Source: Methanotrichaceae archaeon
Lineage (GTDB): Archaea; Halobacteriota; Methanosarcinia; Methanotrichales; Methanotrichaceae
Assembly (NCBI GenBank): GCA_963754945.1
Contig: CAVWIG010000032.1
Location: forward strand, 1 to 50,652
Direction: 5' to 3'
Length of the DNA: 50,652 nucleotides
Part shown: piece after piece, positions 10,715 through 19,873 of the stretch
Numbering within the stretch: position 1 is the stretch's first letter
Layout of the letters: each line of letters starts with the position of its first letter
Position numbers and translations under genes: made by a program
The notes under the pieces: model-generated
Seen by the model: the letters and a program-made list of their open reading frames with translations, nothing else
The model's database searches: none
What the model was told of the DNA's origin: nothing

Positions 10715-12415
10715 TCACCTCGTTGTGAAAGCCGGATACTCTTTTATCTCACCTGAGAGAACCCTGGCCAAAAGCCGGGACTGTACTTCCAGTATCCTTC
10801 GATTGTTCACCTTATACCCAAAGATGGGATGGACGACCTCGGTCTGCATGCGGTGCTCGTAACCTGCAACCACCTTTCTCCTGGCTTCAGGGGTTAACGA
10901 TATCCCGATGCCTGTCTTGATAAAGTCGTTTCCATTGAGCTCTTCTTTGTTAAAAAGGGTCAGTGCCGTAGAATCAGCTATTATTGGCCGGAACTCCTCC
11001 ATCATATCCAGAGCCAATGCCGGTCGACCGTACCTGGGCTGATGGTAGAAGCCGAGATAGGGATCAAAGCCTACAGCCAGAACGGTCGAGAAGAGTTCCT
11101 TGGTCAATATGCCGTAGAGATAGGAGAGGACGGTGTTGACTGGATCTCTAGGGGGCCTCTTATTCCGGTTTTGGAACGAGAAGTCTTGTGAGCACTTGAG
11201 CATGTTTCCGAAGCGGCCAAAGTAGATCTCAGCCGCGGCACCTTCGAATCCCAGCAGACTCGGCATGCGCGAGGCGTCTTCCGCCTGGCCAGCGAGCCGC
11301 TCCAGAGAATCCAGCACATCCGAAGGTACATCCGGATCATTTCTGCGTAAGAGAATCCTACAGTTCTCGATCTTACCAGATACGATTTTCCGGGCTATGG
11401 ATAGAGATCGCGCCTCATTACCGGCCCACTCGAACTGCTTTATGCGAAGCTCCACATTCTTGTGGCTCATGCCGAGACAGATACCCTGGAACCAACCTCC
11501 ATGAGAAAAGTGCAGCACTGGAACGCCTCGTTGCATCAGCTCGACCGTGGCCGGGGTGGTAATCTCAACTCCACCATAAAGGCAGACCTTGGAGATCTCC
11601 CGGATCCTGGCATCGCTGATCTTGCCCTCATCATGGGACCAGACCTCCAGGCGCTCGCCGCGCTTCCTAACCGTCTTCCCCTGGCCAATCACATAAAGAG
11701 GTACTTGGTCGTCCCGCATGGGAAGAAGCATCCTTACCTTCTCATCCCTGGGATCAATTTCCAGATTTCTTTGTTGCTTCTTTTCCGCCTCCATTTCTCG
11801 CAGTAGGTTGACCTCATCGGGCAGGCATATGCCTGCCAATGAACAGCGATCGCACCGATAGCTGCTCTGCAAAGGAGGCGGAACTTCGCCACGCTCAACG
11901 GTGTTTCGCAGTGCGGCCAGCAGTGCCTTTGTTCGGTCCATCAGGGCAAGATCGAACTTCACGGGCACCCTTTCCTGGGAGTGAATGAAATAGACCATGC
12001 CTTCGTCACATTGAAAGCCGTTCTCTCGCAGAGCTAGGCACTGAGCAGCGAGCTGGACCTGAAAATGCTCATAGAGGCCCGCGGGAGTTTTAGGTGCCTC
12101 ACCACGCTTGTACTCCACGGGAGTGACTTTGTTGCCATCTCCTTCTAGCAGATCTAATCGGCAGCACACTCCCGCCTGCGGAGCGGTCAAAGAGACCGAG
12201 CGGGCATGGAAGGGCTGGAAATCCTCAGGGATAGCGTCTTGCTCGGCGTCGACCCAGCGGTGCTGGAACCTCCCATCTACTGTCTCAGCGCTGTCCTGGA
12301 ACTCTCCCTGAACCCACTGGATGTAACAGAGCCGAGGGCAATAGGCAAAGGCTGCGAGCATGCTGGCTGGTATGAGATCTGGAACGATGCCTTGATTCTG
12401 ATCTGCTTCTGCCAA
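10715..12415 (-). CDS. cas1: Cas4-Cas1 fusion (type I-G-like adaptation protein)
   Basis: Cas4: CPRL, LDLLE..PVEYKRG, QLAAQ, CDRCSLAGIC. Cas1: LLGFEGAAAEIYF, RNKRPPRDPVN, GFYHQ, LALDMMEEFR. Likely TTG start at 12415 after GGAGG (the ORF track starts at 12511, inside a repeat). Confidence 0.96.
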   Translation of the reverse strand: MAEADQNQGIVPDLIPASMLAAFAYCPRLCYIQWVQGEFQDSAETVDGRFQHRWVDAEQDAIPEDFQPFHARSVSLTAPQAGVCCRLDLLEGDGNKVTPVEYKRGEAPKTPAGLYEHFQVQLAAQCLALRENGFQCDEGMVYFIHSQERVPVKFDLALMDRTKALLAALRNTVERGEVPPPLQSSYRCDRCSLAGICLPDEVNLLREMEAEKKQQRNLEIDPRDEKVRMLLPMRDDQVPLYVIGQGKTVRKRGERLEVWSHDEGKISDARIREISKVCLYGGVEITTPATVELMQRGVPVLHFSHGGWFQGICLGMSHKNVELRIKQFEWAGNEARSLSIARKIVSGKIENCRILLRRNDPDVPSDVLDSLERLAGQAEDASRMPSLLGFEGAAAEIYFGRFGNMLKCSQDFSFQNRNKRPPRDPVNTVLSYLYGILTKELFSTVLAVGFDPYLGFYHQPRYGRPALALDMMEEFRPIIADSTALTLFNKEELNGNDFIKTGIGISLTPEARRKVVAGYEHRMQTEVVHPIFGYKVNNRRILEVQSRLLARVLSGEIKEYPAFTTR

Positions 12416-12495
12416 TCTTGAGCCTCCTTTTCTTTTTATCATATGATTTTCAGCAATAAAAATGATCTGAGAACTGTCTCCACAAATTATCCGGT

Positions 12496-12620
12496 GTTTC
12501 AATGGGGCCACGACTTCATGTCATGGAATTTTTTGCCATCGATTTGGATGGATCATGTGGCTTGATTCGGCAACAAACGAGGTTTCAATGGGGCCACGTC
12601 TTATCAAGACATGGGAATAG
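12496..12620 (-). CRISPR. Mini-array of two divergent repeats flanking one ~50-nt spacer-like sequence
   Basis: GTTTCAATGGGGCCACGACTTCATGTCATGGAATTT (12496-12531) and GTTTCAATGGGGCCACGTCTTATCAAGACATGGGAATAG (12582-12620); same orientation and same ATTGAAAC end as the main array. Confidence 0.85.
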
Positions 12621-12745
12621 CTACGGTCTTGGGCCAGTCGCATCGCAACAGCTCATTCGCTTTCTGACCCACTCCATCCTTCTGGCAGGATGGCCCTGGC
12701 CCATCAGGGGGCATGCTGATCCAGATATCTTTGATGATCATGATG

Positions 12746-13024
12746 CTACTTTTCTTCGGGTATGGTTACATCAACAACTTGACCAATGGTGAACGAGGGG
12801 TTATGGCTGGCTACGATGACTGCTCCTAGCCTGGGATCGTAGAAGGCAATGGCTGCTGCTGGCGAGCCATGCAGCAAGTGCAGGGCCATACCATATCGCC
12901 AAATTGGTGCACGGCCTTCCACAATTACCAGCGAGCCGCGAGGGATGTCAGGCAACGGAGGAAGTGGCTCGTTTGGCGTTATAGGGTGATCTACGCCGAT
13001 GGAGTAGACTACGTGATTCAACAA
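12746..13024 (-). CDS. crn3: CRISPR ring nuclease Crn3 (Csx3 family)
   Basis: EGRAPIWRYG..LHLLH...AFYDPRLGAVIVASH signature; 92 aa; in the cmr operon. Confidence 0.9.
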   Translation of the reverse strand: MLNHVVYSIGVDHPITPNEPLPPLPDIPRGSLVIVEGRAPIWRYGMALHLLHGSPAAAIAFYDPRLGAVIVASHNPSFTIGQVVDVTIPEEK

Positions 13025-14313
13025 TTCAACTCCTCCACCTTCTTGGGAAATATAACCTCTGAAATGAGCTGTAAAATATTGGGATCGTGATCAAGCTCCG
13101 ACATAGCCAGCTTTCTGATGGCGTTGCCTGGAATTATTATGCAACCATAGAGTTTAGCCCTTGTCCCAATGCTACATCTTATCTTGCCTTCTTCCAGGAT
13201 GTTTTGAGAAGTCGTTGCAAGGTAGGATTTTACATTCAGAGCACCGAGCTGTTTCTTTATGGCCTCGACCTTGTAAAGAGTATCATTTCCCATCGGGTCG
13301 TGATCTTGGATGCCAGTCTTGCATTCTATGAACCTCAGAGACTGGTTGTACATGAAGGAGACATCCCAGTCATTCCTGACCTCACTTTTTGAGTCTTTCT
13401 TGCTATCCTTCTTGCTGTCCTTTTTTCCCGGATTGAGACCAAGGCGCACGTCCCAAATATTGAGCATCTGACTATGTTTGCACAACAATCCCCAGAAGAA
13501 AACTTCCAGCCACCCTCCCGTCAGGAACTTTACTGCGTTTTTATCTAGATTCCCACTCAAGCCATTCTCGTTCTCGTCCAGTTGGAAATCTTCCGCCAAT
13601 AAATTCAATATCTGTCGATCTTGAACTTCAAAATTGACAAGAGGAATCCCTCCGCCACGGGCTTTTTCCCGAGCCTTCTCTTTATACTTATTTTCGTATC
13701 TCTCTTTATTTCCGTACTTCTGTATTATCCATCGGTCCAGATCATGCATTATTTCGTGGGCAAGATCATAATTGGCCGCAAGATGGGCAGAAAGATAGAA
13801 TAGCTTTTTTGCAAGATCTTCATCTGCTTGGACGATATCCTCCTCTTTTAGGAAATCGAATCCATACCCAGCCAGAAACTCCTTGATTGAAACATTATAG
13901 TCCAATGGAATCTGAGAATTATCGGCAAAATTAGTGGCATGGCTCTGACGGCCTATGGATACGTAAAGCAACTTCGCGCCTTTATCCTTGAAAAATTCAT
14001 AGGCTCCGATGGACATAGGTTTCGTACCGCCGGTGAGATTGACCACCCATTCGGCACCTGGATGTTCAATGAAAACAGTTTCAAGCTTTTTCATTGTGGC
14101 CGATACGGAGTTTCCGTCTTCAAGGCAGACAATTTCACGTCCTCCTGTATAACCCGACTCGCCGTAAGCCAAAGCTTTCATGAAATTTTGAGCCGCATTT
14201 TTCTTCTTCATCTCTGGAGTAACTACGAGGATCAGTAGATCTGGATTTTCGACTCGAACCGTCAGAAAATTAGGAACGTGCTGATCGCTGACGAGGCAGA
14301 GGAGGATCTTCAT
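13018..14313 (-). CDS. Can2/Card1-like CARF plus PD-(D/E)xK nuclease effector (DUF1887-like)
   Basis: CARF motifs CLVSDQHVPN and VNLTGGTKPMS; nuclease motifs FLTGGWLE, NDWDV, FIECKTG. Confidence 0.88.
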   Translation of the reverse strand: MKILLCLVSDQHVPNFLTVRVENPDLLILVVTPEMKKKNAAQNFMKALAYGESGYTGGREIVCLEDGNSVSATMKKLETVFIEHPGAEWVVNLTGGTKPMSIGAYEFFKDKGAKLLYVSIGRQSHATNFADNSQIPLDYNVSIKEFLAGYGFDFLKEEDIVQADEDLAKKLFYLSAHLAANYDLAHEIMHDLDRWIIQKYGNKERYENKYKEKAREKARGGGIPLVNFEVQDRQILNLLAEDFQLDENENGLSGNLDKNAVKFLTGGWLEVFFWGLLCKHSQMLNIWDVRLGLNPGKKDSKKDSKKDSKSEVRNDWDVSFMYNQSLRFIECKTGIQDHDPMGNDTLYKVEAIKKQLGALNVKSYLATTSQNILEEGKIRCSIGTRAKLYGCIIIPGNAIRKLAMSELDHDPNILQLISEVIFPKKVEELNC

Positions 14314-15467
14314 CGTCTCCTCCTGGTGTCCTTCCGTTTCTGACTTTCGTGCTCCTCCCTCGATCCGGGAACTGCGAAATTGTACCCCTCGTTCATCCTT
14401 CCCGAGATTTCCAGTCTAGCAGTCTTTCCGATATCGATATTTGGGGTTTTCCCAAACATGACAATTCCGCCAAAGCCGTCATCCGCCTTGAACCATATTC
14501 GACCCTTATTTTTCGGGTCCTCAGTTCTCTTGGCATCGACGATCTCCCCCTTTTCATGGCGTGGATCTGAACTGATCGGCGCGGCGGATACGGTTTTGGC
14601 AACAGGCTGATCTGGCCCGATTGAGCCGGATGTCGACTGCGTATTTTGGACTAGTTTGGCGGAGGAGGCGACCTTCTCCAACCGCCCATATCCAGCATTT
14701 GTTTTGCCACCGATGCCCCATTCCCGGAGTGCCTCGGAGAGCATATCAAAAACAAGTTGGGCCCACTTTTTCCCTTCATCTCCCGGAACATCACACGAAA
14801 CGGCTATGTGAAAAGTTCCGACGACTGACAGGAAGGTAACCGGATTCGGATCATCGAAGTCTGTGGGCGCTCCACTGCCAGAGTAATAATCACCATGATG
14901 TGGGGTCATGACATCCGGTTGCAGTGACTTAGTTAGAGTCTCCGGAGTGAGCCAGGCATCGTGAAAGATGATATGTCCCGAATCATCCGTGGTTCCGAAG
15001 ATGGCCTTGTGATATGTTCCTCCTGGAACTCCTTCACGCCATCTCTTGAATTCATCTCCTTGATCTCTGGCACCCCACACTTGATCGCAGTAGTGGGAAG
15101 CCAATCCTTTCAGTGCTGTCCCAGGAATTAAAGGAGTTCCATAAGTATGATTAAGCGAGAGCCCAGTCTCCAGCACATTCCCGCCACCTAGACCAATCAC
15201 CATTCTCCCCTTTGTATTGAAGAAGCCTTCTGCTTTTGGGTTCTGAAGAGACGTTAATTGTCGCCTGTAAGCAGCCTGGTAAACTGTTTCTGACTTATCA
15301 AAAGATTGACACATCGCATCAAAAAGATCTCGGCGTGCTACAGGGTGATTCGCTTTGTCCTTTACTGCTACTCTCAAATATCTATCTCTGAGGAGAGCCG
15401 CATTTGCAGCCATCGGGTGCTCCTCCTTCCACCATTTAGAGACAGCAGCCCGGCATGAATCCGCCAT
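14310..15467 (-). CDS. cmr6: Type III-B RAMP Cmr6
   Basis: GRMVIGLG, YGTPLIPGTALKG, DVMTPHH, DFDDPNPVTFL, GIGGKTNAGYG. Confidence 0.95.
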   Translation of the reverse strand: MADSCRAAVSKWWKEEHPMAANAALLRDRYLRVAVKDKANHPVARRDLFDAMCQSFDKSETVYQAAYRRQLTSLQNPKAEGFFNTKGRMVIGLGGGNVLETGLSLNHTYGTPLIPGTALKGLASHYCDQVWGARDQGDEFKRWREGVPGGTYHKAIFGTTDDSGHIIFHDAWLTPETLTKSLQPDVMTPHHGDYYSGSGAPTDFDDPNPVTFLSVVGTFHIAVSCDVPGDEGKKWAQLVFDMLSEALREWGIGGKTNAGYGRLEKVASSAKLVQNTQSTSGSIGPDQPVAKTVSAAPISSDPRHEKGEIVDAKRTEDPKNKGRIWFKADDGFGGIVMFGKTPNIDIGKTARLEISGRMNEGYNFAVPGSREEHESQKRKDTRRRR

Positions 15468-15468
15468 A

Positions 15469-15816
15469 TCAATCCGTCCCCAGTAGCGCCTCAGAGTAGC
15501 GCTTAAGCCAGGTTGCAGATTCTATGGCCTCATAAGTCAGCCGTTGATATTTCATCAGATCTGAATTTCTGCTGGTCGCTCCCAGGTCTCCCTTCTCGTC
15601 CATAACCTGAGCGAGATGAGAGATGTAGTCTCTTCCAGTTGGCCCTTCTTTTGCGCTAATGAAAGCCAGCGCCTGAGCAAGCCCGCAAGATTGCACTAAA
15701 GCCGGAAATCTCTTGGACAGCTGGCTATAATCTTCATCACCTTTAGATCTGGTCGAGACGCAATCATAGGCCTTCTGTGCCCTCTTCTGCTGTCGGGTTT
15801 GATGTTTCTCGGCCAT
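15469..15816 (-). CDS. cmr5: Type III-B small subunit Cmr5
   Basis: FPALVQSCGLAQALAF...WLKRYSEA; between cmr4 and cmr6. Confidence 0.93.
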   Translation of the reverse strand: MAEKHQTRQQKRAQKAYDCVSTRSKGDEDYSQLSKRFPALVQSCGLAQALAFISAKEGPTGRDYISHLAQVMDEKGDLGATSRNSDLMKYQRLTYEAIESATWLKRYSEALLGTD

Positions 15817-15820
15817 GATT

Positions 15821-16717
15821 CTAGCTCCTCGTGAACAGGCATCTAACGCGACCTTTGCCGACGGTTGCCTTGCCCCCTATCTGCAGGTCCAGCTTGTCCT
15901 TCGTGCAGTATGTCTCCAATATTTTACTCCTGGTCATCCCATTGCCGCCGAAAACCCTATCACACCAGGCGATTCCGGCAAGTATCGCTTCTGCAGGAAG
16001 GGCTTCCTCGTACCAGAGTGCTCCTCTGGCCACGATCTTTGTATCGTCTTCGATCCTAACGTGTGCAGTCACTTCGGTGCCGGTCTTTGATAGGAAGTTG
16101 AAGCAATCATCGGATAGGATTGCAAACCGCGCTTCAAAGATTCCTTTCCAGACAGCTTCTTTGGCTAGTTCCTTAGGAAAGATGACTTCCGCCAGCATCT
16201 CGGCCCATTTCTTTGCATTTTCATCTTCCTTTGCCTTAAAATCTAGATCTTCAAAGAAGACCTGTCCCTCACCGGCAATCTTCGATCCCTTAACGAGCAA
16301 GGCTTCATTTCTTGCAGGATTGGAGACCGAGCGAAGATCCTTGTAACCAGCGGTCTCAAGATCTCTCTTGAGCCTCTCCAGAACCAGCGGACTGGTAATG
16401 TAAGCAAATGTTCCATAAAGGCTTCTTACCGGCAAGCAGACGATATGAGCATCGGTGAGGATCAGGGAACCTGCATTGGACGAGTCATCTACAATCTGTT
16501 TTCCGAAAGCTACGTCTATGAATTTCTTCTGATCATCATTTCCATTCAGGAAGAAGTGATCCCTCAGCACGCCTTTTGATGCCGAGCCGGGAACAAGCGG
16601 CCAGTCCGTGACCTTCTCCCTCATGATAGGCATGTCTATGAATCCAACTCCCTTACCTGCTCCAACGTGCAAAGGCGTTATCGCCTGCAGCCAGTACATT
16701 CTAGTGTTATTCTCCAT
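15821..16717 (-). CDS. cmr4: Type III-B backbone nuclease Cmr4
   Basis: TPLHVGAG..GFIDMPIMRE..TDWPLVPGSASKG, ALWYEEALP, QIGGKATVGKG. Confidence 0.96.
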   Translation of the reverse strand: MENNTRMYWLQAITPLHVGAGKGVGFIDMPIMREKVTDWPLVPGSASKGVLRDHFFLNGNDDQKKFIDVAFGKQIVDDSSNAGSLILTDAHIVCLPVRSLYGTFAYITSPLVLERLKRDLETAGYKDLRSVSNPARNEALLVKGSKIAGEGQVFFEDLDFKAKEDENAKKWAEMLAEVIFPKELAKEAVWKGIFEARFAILSDDCFNFLSKTGTEVTAHVRIEDDTKIVARGALWYEEALPAEAILAGIAWCDRVFGGNGMTRSKILETYCTKDKLDLQIGGKATVGKGRVRCLFTRS

Positions 16718-16730
16718 GATCCTGCACCTC

Positions 16731-17972
16731 CTATTCCCGCTCTTTCACAATCTTTTCATCCGCATAATCCCAAATGCCCCACAGGGCCAAGCCGAAGCCA
16801 TCCCGGCGGTCCTGCCTATCGTCACAGACTGATTTTAGCCAGAGGTTTTTGGCCAGAGTTGTTGCGTCTCCATTTCCCTCTATCTCGAAGAAGTAAACCG
16901 ACCCAGCAGGCACTAATCGCCTAATGGGCTTAGGGCCAGGCTTAGACCCATGTCTGTCATCTTCGAGGCTCCAGCCAGAGATTGGCTTCCAGCGATCGAT
17001 ACAGGCTGAGACAAGCTTAAGCTTCAGTCCATCAGGCCAACCATCAGGTGCTCTATCTTTTGGCCAACCCCTTAGCCAGCCGGGCTTCCATCCATCGGAA
17101 AAGATGGCGGGTGTCGCCAAAATCATGCGAATCTTCTTATTTCCTGTAAAATCTGAGGCCAATTCCGATGGGAAGTTCCAGTCATCCAGAGCTTCTTGTA
17201 CCCTCCAACGAGCCAGCCGCCGCTCTCCTCCAATTGCATTAAATAGATCGTAATTTGCCGCCAGATTTGTGAAGTCGCTTTCATCTTCAACTCTAGCAGC
17301 AAGCTCGATCCCTTCCGTTTGCCCCTTAACAGAGAGGTCAAGCCCTATAGTCTCAAAGAGCTTGGTATCCTCAGACGTTCCAAGCTTAGGGTCGATCTTA
17401 ACATGAGTTCTTGGCTCTTTTTGAGGAAGATTTAAGAAGGCTGTATTTTTTGCGATCGTCTCAGGGTCTGGTGGAGATTCGAAGCCGTCACCTCTGGCAT
17501 TTATTAACCATTTTTTCATAATCTCCATAGACCAGAGTGATGGAATTTTGGCCGGTTTGAATTCGTCTTCTACGCTCTTGGGCAACATTGACGGAAGGAT
17601 ACCGCCTGGCGGAAGATCACTATTACAGCCTTTCCACTCATCTGCATCAATATCCACAGGCCTGATTGCATAAGCATAAGGCTCTCGCGTCTTGTTCTCT
17701 TCTTTGACTAGGAGATCCTTTGGTGCCGGGAGGTATATTCTGCCTCGGCAAAGAGGTAGCGGCCCTGAAATAGAAATACGCTTCAGGGACTCAATTGTTT
17801 TCTCATCGAAATTGCTGTCCGTTCTATTTCCCAGCATTGTTCTAAAGGCTCCAGCCAGAACTGAAGGATAGAGCCAGTCCAGAGATTTCATGCGGATGCC
17901 CAAACCAAAGGGACGACCATCTCTGGCAATAAGGGGGTCATGAGCGGTTATTCTTAGGTAAATCGCCATCAT
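16731..17972 (-). CDS. cmr3: Type III-B Cmr3
   Basis: DPLIARDGRPF, IGGERRLA, LATPAIFSDGW, VPAGSVYFF, RRDGFGL. Confidence 0.95.
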   Translation of the reverse strand: MMAIYLRITAHDPLIARDGRPFGLGIRMKSLDWLYPSVLAGAFRTMLGNRTDSNFDEKTIESLKRISISGPLPLCRGRIYLPAPKDLLVKEENKTREPYAYAIRPVDIDADEWKGCNSDLPPGGILPSMLPKSVEDEFKPAKIPSLWSMEIMKKWLINARGDGFESPPDPETIAKNTAFLNLPQKEPRTHVKIDPKLGTSEDTKLFETIGLDLSVKGQTEGIELAARVEDESDFTNLAANYDLFNAIGGERRLARWRVQEALDDWNFPSELASDFTGNKKIRMILATPAIFSDGWKPGWLRGWPKDRAPDGWPDGLKLKLVSACIDRWKPISGWSLEDDRHGSKPGPKPIRRLVPAGSVYFFEIEGNGDATTLAKNLWLKSVCDDRQDRRDGFGLALWGIWDYADEKIVKERE

Positions 17973-19873
17973 CGTACCTCCTGGTGCAGCTGCTCGTTGA
18001 TTTGGGGTTTCCTGCCTTTTGCCTGTTTCATAGCGGTTGCCAACCTTCGGGCAAGGATTAGCTCAGCTGCTAATCCACTGATTGCCTCATAGGGATTTGC
18101 ACCCGTCAACATAGCTTCGATATTCTCTCTCGTGAGGAGATCAGACTTGGTTTTGCCTTTCTTGCGTTGGAGGAGCCTCAGTGCATCGGCGGCGATGAGG
18201 TGTCTCAGCTTCTCCTTCTCGTCCTCAGAAGATGCATCCCAGTTTTTGTAATCCTCCGCCAACTCGTGCATTTCATAGGCTGCGCTGTCAGGCAACTCAT
18301 CCCTGCAGTGCATTTCGGCCCATATTTGGAGACGTTCATCAAGTCCTTTATTCCCTTTGAGCGTCCACTTCTGCCTGATTTTGATCGGAGCGCCGCTTCT
18401 TGGGTAAATATTCACTGCAAAACCGTCTCGTTCATCGTCTGCTAATTTCCCTTCTTTTGCAGCTTTTTCAGCTTCCATTCCGAAGCCTAAAAGGTTCTCC
18501 AGAGGCTCCAGATAATGTCCAATGGCAATTCCCACGGAGAGCGTTAACGGGTTTCCTTTCTCATCCGGAAAAGCCTTTAGCATCTCCCCAAATTTATCAT
18601 GAAGTTTCCTTGCGGCGTCAAGGCAAGTATCCACGGGCAGGAAGGCCAAAACATCGTCTCCACCTGAAAAGACCATACAACCATGAAACTCGTTCTCCAC
18701 AATATTTCTAGCTTCAGAAGCGAAATAGGCAAGTTGTCCTGAAAGTCTGCGATGCTCATCAACGAGATCGATGGCTGAAAGAGCTTTCCCCATTCGATCT
18801 CCATCGGCCCTCAGAACGGCCAAATAGTTGTTTGGCTCTCCGAGTCCAAGGCCGCCATCCCTCTTTTTTTGAAGCCTGCAAACTTTTTTCTCAATCTGAA
18901 TTAATTTATTTGGATCATCCTGGTATGGATTATTTGCATCCAAATCGGTTGAAATATCCTTGAGGTTGTCCTTAGCTCTGGCCAGGCGGGATGGATATAA
19001 GATCTGTCCATCGAAGGGAAACTCCTGATAAAGCCTGTTTCCTGTGCCGGTTGAAAAGCTGTTCTCCCCTTCGCAGAGAATTTCTATTTCATCTAGCAAC
19101 CTATTTGCTTCATCGCCGGGATATTTTCTTATTCCTCTGATCCAAGGGTCTGCCGCCACTCGTACCACTGATGGAAATGTTACCCGCTCACCGTTTGGCC
19201 GCTTGCCTAATCGTTTAGTCAGGCCTACTGCGCAAAGTTGTTCTCCATCGTTAAGGCGCATTTGAAGAGAAAGCCATTTGGGAAGAGATCGATCTTTTTC
19301 AAGAACACTTTCCCTGGCACCGTCGAGCGATGATTTTGGAATTCCAAAATGACCCTTTGCCTCCTTGAAGTCTCGGATAGACTTCCTGCCAGCCAAAAGA
19401 CGCATCACTTTCGTCCGAGTTTTCTTGTAACTCTCACCCTCTGGAACCCAGGCTGCATAGAATTCAATGATGTCATTGACCTGATCATCCCAAATTTCCT
19501 GGCCTAATTTATCTTTGCGAACAGCCCTTCCTGCATCGCTTCTTGCCTTTTCAGCCAAAGTCATCCATTCCCTCTTTGCAGCAGCCTGCGCTTTTTCATT
19601 TAGAGTTATTGGGTCCTCGGTTCCTTCAGGCAATCTTGCCAGAATTATATTTGCCACGCTGAACTCATTATCGGAGAATTCCAGCCTGGGATCCCCTTTA
19701 TCCAGGGCAGGAAATATCAAATATCCACCGGAATGCGCAATCTCCCTTGCTGCTGCCTTGCTGATAAGGGAAAGGAGATAAGACCCAAACCATAGGTCTC
19801 TTGTACGACGGGCTGCAGCAATGAAATCCTGCACAGGGCCGACGGAGAGGACATACAGATAAGACGACATCAA
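17969..19873 (-). CDS. cas10: Cas10/Cmr2 without HD domain, cyclase motif intact
   Basis: Begins at SVGPVQDFIAAARRTRDLWFGSYLLS (no N-terminal HD); ADGDRMG and FSGGDDVLAF palm motifs. Confidence 0.96.
   Translation of the reverse strand: MMSSYLYVLSVGPVQDFIAAARRTRDLWFGSYLLSLISKAAAREIAHSGGYLIFPALDKGDPRLEFSDNEFSVANIILARLPEGTEDPITLNEKAQAAAKREWMTLAEKARSDAGRAVRKDKLGQEIWDDQVNDIIEFYAAWVPEGESYKKTRTKVMRLLAGRKSIRDFKEAKGHFGIPKSSLDGARESVLEKDRSLPKWLSLQMRLNDGEQLCAVGLTKRLGKRPNGERVTFPSVVRVAADPWIRGIRKYPGDEANRLLDEIEILCEGENSFSTGTGNRLYQEFPFDGQILYPSRLARAKDNLKDISTDLDANNPYQDDPNKLIQIEKKVCRLQKKRDGGLGLGEPNNYLAVLRADGDRMGKALSAIDLVDEHRRLSGQLAYFASEARNIVENEFHGCMVFSGGDDVLAFLPVDTCLDAARKLHDKFGEMLKAFPDEKGNPLTLSVGIAIGHYLEPLENLLGFGMEAEKAAKEGKLADDERDGFAVNIYPRSGAPIKIRQKWTLKGNKGLDERLQIWAEMHCRDELPDSAAYEMHELAEDYKNWDASSEDEKEKLRHLIAADALRLLQRKKGKTKSDLLTRENIEAMLTGANPYEAISGLAAELILARRLATAMKQAKGRKPQINEQLHQEVR

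Noticed and set aside
12416-12511. N-terminal extension of Cas4-Cas1 in the ORF track
   Set aside because: The ATG lies inside the mini-array repeat; GGAGG plus TTG at 12415 is a better start
12659-12695. Possible third mini-array repeat (hairpin CCATCCT/AGGATGG, one spacer length from repeat B)
   Set aside because: Lacks the GTTTCAAT end; similarity too weak to call
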